Part shown: positions 16,435 to 23,536 of the stretch, one piece after another | How positions within the stretch are numbered: position 1 is the first letter of the stretch | How the letters are laid out: each line of letters begins with the position of its first letter | Source of the DNA: Deltaproteobacteria bacterium | GTDB taxonomy: Bacteria; Myxococcota_A; UBA9160; SMWR01 | DNA: 23,536 nt | NCBI GenBank assembly: GCA_032128375.1 | Contig: JAQBGU010000224.1 | Coordinates: 1 to 23,536, forward strand | Reading direction: 5' to 3' | Made by a program: the position numbers and the translations under genes | Notes under the pieces: generated by a model | Database searches by the model: none | What the model saw: only the letters and a program-made list of their open reading frames with translations | What the model was told of the DNA's origin: nothing

Positions 16435-17307
16435 CTATCGAAGGCTCGGGGCCGAGACCGTTCCGGTGATTCGGACCGTTGTGTCGCCTTTGCGGTCGAC
16501 CCGCAGCCCGGCTGCGCGGGCGCCGCTGGCCAATGCGGGTTTCACATTCAGCTTGAATTCCAATTGCAGCGGAGCGAGGTCGAACGAAGCGGCCTGTGCG
16601 ATCGTGCCGCTTCCGGTTCCGGAAGCGATCGGTCCCTCGAGTGTCAGTGACTCGATGGTCAGAAAGGCATCGCCTCCCAGTTCGATTTCACCGGAGATCT
16701 TTTGGTAGGGAAGGGCGATGGGCATGTTCGGGATCGCCAGCGACCCGTCATGCAATTCGAAGCTCATCGGACCCTGTGGGCCGAGTTCTCCCATCTGCAG
16801 CGAAAATGTCGCGTCCATTCGGCCCTCGATGCCCCCAATCGCCTCGCTGGGCAGCCTATCGATCAACGCCAACTGCTGGAGGTCCAGGTTCTGGACCGAG
16901 CCGTCGAAGCTGAGTCGTTCACCTGACTCGAACACCCCCATCGCGGCGCCGTTCGGGCTATCGATTTCGACATAGAAGGCGCGACCACCCTGGAACCACA
17001 CGGTTGACCAGGCCGGACGCACCAGCACACGATCGAGGCTCAGGGTCTTTGCGGCGGGGAAACTGGCGCGAACGCCCCTGGCTTGCATCGCAGGGCCGGT
17101 CAGTCCGAATGTCGGTTCGAATTCGGCGATGTCGAGCCGAGCACCGAGCGCGGGTTCGAGCGCGGACGTGATTCGGTGAGCGATCGCATCGTAGGGAAAC
17201 CCGCGCAACATGAAGAGCAACACCAGCACCACTCCGGCGATCGGAACAGCGATCGTCCGAAACCAAACCGGAAGATCGCCACCTGTGCTGCGAACGGAAG
17301 CCGCCAC
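16435..17307 (-). CDS. gspN: Type II secretion system protein N
   Basis: N-terminal TM followed by FPYD and a beta-rich body, ending ITGTVSAP. Position directly after gspM. Confidence 0.8.
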   Translation of the reverse strand: MAASVRSTGGDLPVWFRTIAVPIAGVVLVLLFMLRGFPYDAIAHRITSALEPALGARLDIAEFEPTFGLTGPAMQARGVRASFPAAKTLSLDRVLVRPAWSTVWFQGGRAFYVEIDSPNGAAMGVFESGERLSFDGSVQNLDLQQLALIDRLPSEAIGGIEGRMDATFSLQMGELGPQGPMSFELHDGSLAIPNMPIALPYQKISGEIELGGDAFLTIESLTLEGPIASGTGSGTIAQAASFDLAPLQLEFKLNVKPALASGARAAGLRVDRKGDTTVRITGTVSAPSLR

Positions 17308-17308
17308 G

Positions 17309-17857
17309 CTAGATCGGCTCGAAACTTGAAACGGTGAACGTCACGTCAAGGTATTCAGGCCTGTCTTTTCGGACTCGCATTCGAAGGCTCTTGACCGACA
17401 ATACTTGCGCGGTGGCCTCGATCTGGTGCAGGTAGCTGACCGTCTGTGACAGTGTGACGTCTTTCAGGCCGACTTCGACCTTGGTTTCGCGGTAGTTTTC
17501 GTGGGAGGGAGACGCCTGAGGCTCCATCGATTCGACCTTCACCGATGAGGCTTGCGCGATACTTTCCAACGTTGTCCGCAGGTTGCCGCGCGGCCCAGTC
17601 TTGATACGCGCTTCGACGCGAGTGAGTCGGCCGTTGACGTCGTCGAATTCGCGACGCAACCGCGACATGACGTCGAGTTGCTGCTGGGCGCTAGTCAAGC
17701 GTTGCTCGGCTTCGTAGCGCATGTCGATCGTGGATTGCACAACGCCGAAGTAGAGGACCACAACACCGAGCAAGCCAGCGACGACCAATACGAGGATGCG
17801 CTCTCGCGTCGACAGGTCATCGAAGGCGATCCGCAACCGACCCCACAGGTTCTTCAT
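17309..17857 (-). CDS. gspM: Type II secretion system protein M
   Basis: LSTRER + TM + coiled coil + ferredoxin-like C-terminus. ATGA overlap with the gspL stop. Confidence 0.85.
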   Translation of the reverse strand: MKNLWGRLRIAFDDLSTRERILVLVVAGLLGVVVLYFGVVQSTIDMRYEAEQRLTSAQQQLDVMSRLRREFDDVNGRLTRVEARIKTGPRGNLRTTLESIAQASSVKVESMEPQASPSHENYRETKVEVGLKDVTLSQTVSYLHQIEATAQVLSVKSLRMRVRKDRPEYLDVTFTVSSFEPI

Positions 17858-19425
17858 CCGGAACCCTCGTTGTTGGTCGCCAGGTTGATGGTCACGGTGA
17901 ATCGCTTGCCACCGAGATTCTTGTCGGTTTCGATCGCACCGATCCGGGCGTTTGCGAACGGGGGAAACTTGGCGAGCTCCGCTCCGAGTCGGTCAGCGGC
18001 CTCGAAACTTTTCGCGTATACACGCATCCGAATGATCTGCCGATCGATGCTGAGTTCTTCGAACAGCACGTCGAGGTCCTGCGGAACCTGCTTGGAGATC
18101 TCTTCGAGCAGATCGAGCGCAGACAGATTTCCCCGGTACACGCCCAGGAACTCGGCTCGTTCTCCGGCCGAGCGGACCTCCTCTCGCAGCGCCGAAGTGG
18201 CATTGGACGGCATCGCCTTGCCGGGGAAGATCTGCTCGTACAATTGCGTGATTTGCTGCTCGACGTTGCTGGCCCGCCGCCCCTCGAGTGTGATTGCAGT
18301 CCCGATACTGACGGCAGCCAGAATTCCTGCGCTGGCCGACAGGATCGCCGGCCAGCGAATGTCTTTGCGGTAGCGGCCCAGATCCAAGCGGACCGCGAAC
18401 TCCTGCTGGCGAAAGTCCATCCGCGTTTTCGTCTGTGCGGTTCCGCGCAGCGCCAATGCGATCGCCGGCGCGAAGCCAATCGCGGAGTCGGCGTCCATGC
18501 TGTCAGCGTGTGCATCGATGGGGAACCCCAAACGGGCGGTCGGCTGCTGGGTGCGCGCCGACAGATAATCGTCGATCCGGTCGAGCAGGGCGCCGCCGCC
18601 GCACAGCGTGATCTCGCTGAGCGGCCCAGATTCGAGCCGGGCGATTACGGGCTCCAGAGCACCGATGGTGCGAAGCAATTCGCTCCCGATTCTATCCAAC
18701 ACGCGCAGTGTTTCGGGCGGGACATCGCCGATTGCGCTGCCGAATACGCCGCTCTCGCATTTGAGCTGCTCGGCTTGTGCGTTCGAGATGCCCCGATCGC
18801 GTGCCAGCGCGTGGGTCAACGCAGCACCGGCGACCGGGAAGGTACGTGAGGCGACCGGTTGACCCGCCGACAGCAGACAACAGGTGGTCTTGGTGTGACC
18901 GATGTCGACCAACAGCCGGGTACCGTCCAGTGGGAACAGCGCCGACAGGTTGCCGAGCACGAGCCCCTCGGCTTCCAGTGTGCGCGGCTCGCAGCCCGCC
19001 TCTCTGAGCGTCCAAATGCGTTCCGCCACTTCGGCCCGCGTGGCAATCGCCGCGACGGTATCGGCGTGGTTGCGATCGCCGCCGACGATTTCCCAATCGA
19101 TCAGCACGTCGTCGATATCGAACAGTGTGTCGGCTTCCAGCTCGAACGGGATTGCCTGGGCGAGCTTCTTGCGGTCGCGGAACGGGAATGTGAAGCGCCG
19201 GGTCGACACGCGGTTACCGGGAAGAGCCGTGACGACATGCTCGGTGGGCAGGCGGTACATGGTCACGAAGTGAGCGATCAGCTCTGACAACGCGGTATCG
19301 GTGTCGGAGCGCGCCAGCGCGCGCATGGCAACGATCTCGAAGCCGCGCATCGATTGCCGAAATTCCACCGCCTTGAGGCTGTGGCTGCCGACGTCCAGGC
19401 CGACGATGTTGGTTAGGATGGCCAT
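17854..19425 (-). CDS. gspL: Type II secretion system protein L (PilM-like actin fold + TM + PilN-like domain)
   Basis: VGLDVGSHSLKAV, LVDIGHTKT, LCGGGA, MDFRQQEF, then TM and periplasmic domain. Lies between gspK and gspM. Confidence 0.88.
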   Translation of the reverse strand: MAILTNIVGLDVGSHSLKAVEFRQSMRGFEIVAMRALARSDTDTALSELIAHFVTMYRLPTEHVVTALPGNRVSTRRFTFPFRDRKKLAQAIPFELEADTLFDIDDVLIDWEIVGGDRNHADTVAAIATRAEVAERIWTLREAGCEPRTLEAEGLVLGNLSALFPLDGTRLLVDIGHTKTTCCLLSAGQPVASRTFPVAGAALTHALARDRGISNAQAEQLKCESGVFGSAIGDVPPETLRVLDRIGSELLRTIGALEPVIARLESGPLSEITLCGGGALLDRIDDYLSARTQQPTARLGFPIDAHADSMDADSAIGFAPAIALALRGTAQTKTRMDFRQQEFAVRLDLGRYRKDIRWPAILSASAGILAAVSIGTAITLEGRRASNVEQQITQLYEQIFPGKAMPSNATSALREEVRSAGERAEFLGVYRGNLSALDLLEEISKQVPQDLDVLFEELSIDRQIIRMRVYAKSFEAADRLGAELAKFPPFANARIGAIETDKNLGGKRFTVTINLATNNEGSG

Positions 19426-19456
19426 CGGTGTCTCCCAGTCACCTGATTCTCAGAAA

Positions 19457-19510
19457 TTTCTGCTGACTCTCTACAGTTCTGCCTACAGTTTCTGCTGACT
19501 CTCTACAGTT
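19457..19510. repeat. Perfect 22-bp direct repeat (period 32) with nested CTACAGTT x3
   Basis: TTTCTGCTGACTCTCTACAGTT at 19457-19478 and 19489-19510. CTACAGTT at 19471, 19483 and 19503. Confidence 0.88.
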
Positions 19511-19629
19511 ACAGCGTTTACACAGACCGCCGAAACTACCGATGCTGACGCTCAGCTGACGGGCCATCACCCGACCGGCGGTCCCAAAAGCGATTCTCAC
19601 CGGGGCCTCACTGGACTCGCACTGGCACA

Positions 19630-20664
19630 TCACCTGACCTTCCAAGATAGCAGCTGCGGCGGTTCCTGATCGCGGTCAACGACCGCGACGACGCTTCGCC
19701 GCGTTTCTCCGACCGATGCTTGCGCTTTTACCGTGAAAAACGCGGAGGTATACCCGGAAGGAGGGAAGATGGTATTGGCCACGATCGATGTTATCGGTGT
19801 ACACAGTTCGTGACTGATGCCCTCACCGCACAGCACACCCCCAGCTTCCCTGATTGCGAGAATCTGTTTGACCTCTTCTTCCTTGGCTAGCCGAGTATCC
19901 ACACCGTCATTGAAATACAAAAGTGACAGCACGTAAGGCGGCGCGGTATTGAGATTGACGCCGGTCGCGGCCACAAAGGGAAAAACCGTCACGTACGGGC
20001 GGATTCCTTCGACCAGCTGCCGATCGAAGCCCTCCACCAGCAACAGGTCGTCAACGCTCCGGATAGGCCCATTTTGGGCGTGGTAGGGCGGATCCTGCTG
20101 CTGGTAGTAGTCGTCTTCATAGCCACCGGCCAGTCGATCGCTGTCAGAGTCCACCCAATCGATCAGTGCTTCGCTGAGTTCTGTGACGTCGTAGACCCTC
20201 TCGCCCGGGGGGAATCCAGCCTCGGCGATCACCTTCTCGAAGAAATCCCGTAGGAACGTATCCGTCTCCTGGTACGCATCAATTTTGCCTTCGCTGAAGA
20301 CGAACAGGGAATTGAGATTGAACAGGCCGCCGGCATCTTCGATGCTGATTTGCAGCGATGTGCCTTCTGCGACCGGGATATCGATCGACTCCAACCGCGC
20401 CCACGGGTCGAGGTAGGTCTCGATCGGCAGCGGGCTCGAAGCCTTGTCGAGCTTGTCCTGGACCAGGTATGCGATCGCGAGGCGCACGCCGCCACGGGCG
20501 AGCGCCTCTGCGCGCCCGTTCGCGTCGCGGTTGCGGGCCACCATCGCATCGACGATCGATCGCCGGGTGAAGGTCGCAATCGAGCTGGTCAGCAGCAACG
20601 CGAAAAAGAGCACGATCAACAGCACGACCCCCTGCTGGTGTCGCGCGCGGGGCCGAAACGTCAT
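19630..20664 (-). CDS. gspK: Type II secretion minor pseudopilin K
   Basis: QQG/VVLLIVL (no Glu5), IEDAGGLFNLN, LIDWVDSD, NGPIRSVDDLLLVEG, VNLNTAP. ATG 20664 overlaps the gspJ stop. Confidence 0.93.
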   Translation of the reverse strand: MTFRPRARHQQGVVLLIVLFFALLLTSSIATFTRRSIVDAMVARNRDANGRAEALARGGVRLAIAYLVQDKLDKASSPLPIETYLDPWARLESIDIPVAEGTSLQISIEDAGGLFNLNSLFVFSEGKIDAYQETDTFLRDFFEKVIAEAGFPPGERVYDVTELSEALIDWVDSDSDRLAGGYEDDYYQQQDPPYHAQNGPIRSVDDLLLVEGFDRQLVEGIRPYVTVFPFVAATGVNLNTAPPYVLSLLYFNDGVDTRLAKEEEVKQILAIREAGGVLCGEGISHELCTPITSIVANTIFPPSGYTSAFFTVKAQASVGETRRSVVAVVDRDQEPPQLLSWKVR

Positions 20665-21686
20665 CGACACGCTGGGTTCACTCTTGCGCCAAATTGCGGC
20701 GGGGAGAAATCCGACAGATTGAATGGGTCGCTGGAGCGGCTGGTGATGAACGCCTTGTACAGGCCGGCAGCCTGGTTGGTCGAATTCACGCCGGAAAGGT
20801 CGAGGCAATTTCCGATGGTCTTCGCGGCGCTGGTCTTCTTTTTCTTGTCCCTACTCCTGTTGTCGTTGTCATTGTCATCATCGTTGTCCCCATCCTCCCC
20901 ATCCTCCTCATCGTCTTCATCGTCATTGCCGCCGCCTTCGCCTGTCGGATCGAGAAGCTGCTCAAAATCCAATGGGGGGACCCGAATCAGCACGCGACGT
21001 TGATAGATCAGGGGTTCGCTATCCTCGTCGAGGTCCGGACTCGCCAGTGCGACCTGGATTTCGACCGCGGCGGGAAGGGTGCCCGATTGTTCGAGCGTCG
21101 TGGAATCCCAGTCGGAGGTTGTTCCGCCGTCTGCTGTTACGAACTGGATACCGAACGTTTCCAGGCCTTCGGCCATCGGGTATGAGCGATCGTCGTCTGC
21201 GAGCGGAAACGATCGATCGAGTTCTTCGGGCAGCCGAGGCGACGACCAGCGGTAGAGTGTGAGCCCGCCAGACTCGCCCATTTCCACCGTGTAGGCGACG
21301 ACGGCGATGTCCGACTCTGGGTTGTCGCTGCGCGTAGGGTCGTGATTGCGGGTCACGAACTTCACGTGGTCCGCCCCGGGGCCGCCCAGTTCGGACTCGC
21401 CGATGAACAGCCAGGGGTGTGATATCGGATCCATGTCCGCGGGTTTCACGACCAGCATCGCGCTCTCGAAATCGCTCGCGACGCGGTCCATGATTGCGAC
21501 CGCACGGCGGATGTCGTGGGTGTGGTTGCTGGCCCTGGCGGTCGCCCGGGCCAAATCGGCATAGAAGTTCAGCGCAACGAACAGGACGACGCTGATCAAA
21601 GCGACGACCGCGAGAACCTCGATCAGTGAGAAGCCGTGTTCGCGTAGGCGTGAGACTGCGGTCAGACCGCCTTTCGAAGGGTTCAT
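20661..21686 (-). CDS. gspJ: Type II secretion minor pseudopilin J with C-terminal extension
   Basis: G/FSLIEV prepilin motif, WDST, LPAAVEI. Position between gspI and gspK. Confidence 0.88.
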   Translation of the reverse strand: MNPSKGGLTAVSRLREHGFSLIEVLAVVALISVVLFVALNFYADLARATARASNHTHDIRRAVAIMDRVASDFESAMLVVKPADMDPISHPWLFIGESELGGPGADHVKFVTRNHDPTRSDNPESDIAVVAYTVEMGESGGLTLYRWSSPRLPEELDRSFPLADDDRSYPMAEGLETFGIQFVTADGGTTSDWDSTTLEQSGTLPAAVEIQVALASPDLDEDSEPLIYQRRVLIRVPPLDFEQLLDPTGEGGGNDDEDDEEDGEDGDNDDDNDNDNRSRDKKKKTSAAKTIGNCLDLSGVNSTNQAAGLYKAFITSRSSDPFNLSDFSPPQFGARVNPACR

Positions 21687-22237
21687 CGAGCGGGCTCGGC
21701 GACTTGGATCGCCGACTGATCGATGCCGTAGGTGATCCGCTCAACGAATTCCTCGTCGTCCGGATCTCCCCAAGCGACCCGCACCTCAATCTCACGCAAC
21801 GGGGACTGACCGGTCGTTCCGAACGGAATCGCAGGGCCAGTGGCGCCCGACTGGTCCGGCGCGTTGTTGCCGGTGGCTCGTTCGGTATTTTCGATTTCGG
21901 GCATCTCGAACACGGACACCTCAACCCAAATGCGGTAGAGACCATCCTCGGTTTCGTTCTCTTCGTCGCCGAGCGGTCGCATCACCCCCTGGTCGAGCTC
22001 CATTTCGATTTCGGCAATTTTCAAGTCGGCGTGTAGCGACGCTTCCATGATTCGACGGCTTCTGCCCTCGGTTTGCAAGCCTCGAATCGCCACCTCCGAC
22101 AGCGTCGTGTAAACGATCGCAAGCAGCGCTACCGCCCCCAGCACCTCGAATAATGTGAAGCCCCGGGTCAGACGATCGGAACGGCCCTGCGTAAAGCCCT
22201 CGACAAAGGCCTGGTTGATGCGTTCAGGGCTCCTCAT
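21683..22237 (-). CDS. gspI: Type II secretion minor pseudopilin I
   Basis: RG/FTLFEVLGAVALL prepilin motif and LREIEVRVAW. Start uncertain (ATG 22237). Confidence 0.82.
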   Translation of the reverse strand: MRSPERINQAFVEGFTQGRSDRLTRGFTLFEVLGAVALLAIVYTTLSEVAIRGLQTEGRSRRIMEASLHADLKIAEIEMELDQGVMRPLGDEENETEDGLYRIWVEVSVFEMPEIENTERATGNNAPDQSGATGPAIPFGTTGQSPLREIEVRVAWGDPDDEEFVERITYGIDQSAIQVAEPAR

Positions 22238-22835
22238 AGAGAATCCGTACAGAGTCGGCGAGCGGCAGGATTTCCAGGTGGGCCTCATGACCACCCGAAT
22301 CTGCGAGCACGATCGTGGAAAACGTCGAGCTCCCGTCGCGTTCGAAGCGCACGATCACCTCACCCAAATCCACCCAGCCTCCGGTTGTTTCGACGCCCTT
22401 GAACGCGATGGAATCGGACAGCGGTTCGAATTGACCCATCAGTCCAGGCAGCGGGGAGAAGGCTCTTACATCGTCCCCGGGCGGCGCCAGCGATAGTCGA
22501 TCATCCGCGGTGAACGCCGCATCGTCAGACGTATAGGTCAGGTCGCCGGCCGCCCGTTTCGGCGGTTTGGCAGGCGCTTCTGCGCGCTCCCACTCCAACC
22601 CGTAGCCCCTTTGCTCGATGTTGATGACCAGCTGGTGCGGGGATCCGGTCACCACCGAGCGCTGGCGCCCAAGGTCGATCGCTGCGACGAGCTTCTCGGC
22701 TTCGGATCGCAGCGCCCGCGAACCGAGTGCGGACAGGTTCGGGACCATGAAGCTCATCAGCAATGCGCCGATCAGCATCACCGCCAATATTTCGAGCAGC
22801 GTGAAGCCCGAAGGTCGGTCGAACGGCGCCAACAC
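22224..22835 (-). CDS. gspH: Type II secretion minor pseudopilin H
   Basis: SG/FTLLEILAVMLI prepilin motif and VRFERDG. Start uncertain (GTG 22835; frame stays open upstream past the gspG stop). Confidence 0.82.
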   Translation of the reverse strand: MLAPFDRPSGFTLLEILAVMLIGALLMSFMVPNLSALGSRALRSEAEKLVAAIDLGRQRSVVTGSPHQLVINIEQRGYGLEWERAEAPAKPPKRAAGDLTYTSDDAAFTADDRLSLAPPGDDVRAFSPLPGLMGQFEPLSDSIAFKGVETTGGWVDLGEVIVRFERDGSSTFSTIVLADSGGHEAHLEILPLADSVRILYEEP

Positions 22836-22918
22836 AACCGGATATCGCGCAGCTCGCCGCGGCGCGAGGCGTTTCGGCGGTCCACCCGGTGCAACCGCAG
22901 GCGGCGAGCCCCTGCGAC

Positions 22919-23401
22919 TCAGGTTCCGGCCTCGTCGATCCAGTTGCCGACATCGCCGTTCACGCCTTCGCCGCCGGATTTTCCATCGGCGCCGAAAGAC
23001 CAAAGGTCAAAAGTGTGCGGATTGTTTTGCCCCGGGTATTCGTACTGGTACTCGTTGCCCCACGGATCGACCGGAACGTGACCTTTGCTGATGTACCCCG
23101 AGGCGGGAAATTTCCTGGACGAGGTTCCCTCAGATGGGCCTGAGACCAGCGCCTGGAGCCCCTCTTCGGTGCTGGGGAAGTTGGCCATGTCCATTCGATA
23201 CAGTTCCAATATCGCCTCGAGATTCGATATCTGAGCGGCTGTCGCGGTGACTCTTCCCTTGTCGACCTGAGAGAAAATCTGCACACCGACGATGGTGCTG
23301 AGCAGACCGATGATCAGCACGACCGCCATGATCTCGATCAGCGTGAATCCGTCGTCCCGCTTGCGCTCCTCATCGATTCCCGCGATGGGGGATTCCAACA
23401 T
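22919..23401 (-). CDS. gspG: Type II secretion major pseudopilin G
   Basis: G/FTLIEIMAVVLIIGLL, LELYRMD..FPSTEEGLQALV, DPWGNEYQY, SFGADG..GGEG..DVGNW. AAAGGAG RBS; ATG 23401 or GTG 23404. Confidence 0.97.
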   Translation of the reverse strand: MLESPIAGIDEERKRDDGFTLIEIMAVVLIIGLLSTIVGVQIFSQVDKGRVTATAAQISNLEAILELYRMDMANFPSTEEGLQALVSGPSEGTSSRKFPASGYISKGHVPVDPWGNEYQYEYPGQNNPHTFDLWSFGADGKSGGEGVNGDVGNWIDEAGT

Positions 23402-23497
23402 CACGTTTCTCCTTTCTGGGTCATTCGGTGTCGTTCCGAGACTGTGGGCGGTTGGCGATCACTCATCTGAGTTCCTGGAGTCATTCCAACGCCGTCC

Positions 23498-23536
23498 CTA
23501 GGCAATCGAGCTGGTGACCTGCAGCAACGGCACGAG
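23498..23536 (-). CDS. gspF: Partial CDS (3' end), probable type II secretion protein F
   Basis: Translates LVPLLQVTSSIA*, resembling GspF/PilC C-termini. Lies immediately upstream of gspG. Confidence 0.65.
   Translation of the reverse strand, partial: LVPLLQVTSSIA

Noticed and set aside
22150..22200. Second GFT motif in the GspI leader as an extra prepilin cleavage site
   Set aside because: EGFTQGRSD lacks Glu5 and the hydrophobic helix. Likely coincidence.

Overview
A GC-rich bacterial chromosomal window. Gene order suggests a Myxococcota or deltaproteobacterium-like organism (inference). Almost all genes lie on the minus strand. Read right to left, it holds: a type II secretion cluster (gspF 3' end, gspG, H, I, J, K, L, M, N); an ArsR/SAM-methyltransferase regulator; a HAD hydrolase; tldD-pmbA; a LACTB2-like metallo-beta-lactamase coupled to a HEAT-repeat protein; doxX (+ strand); a family III CoA-transferase; a DUF3501/HIT-like fusion; arfB; DUF2203 (+ strand); maf-yggS-proC-divIVA-yggU; an FmdB-type zinc-ribbon protein; gcvT (single-base frameshift); gcvH; and the start of a probable lipoprotein. 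I found no rRNA, tRNA, transposase, integrase or true CRISPR array. The most unusual signal is six unrelated short direct/tandem repeat loci (periods 12, 13, 14, 24, 25 and 32 bp). Periods are multiples of 3 inside genes and non-multiples between genes. The most striking is an AT-rich 25-bp array of alternating TTGAA/TTCAA half-sites, each unit carrying GGAG. All functional interpretations of these repeats are hypotheses.
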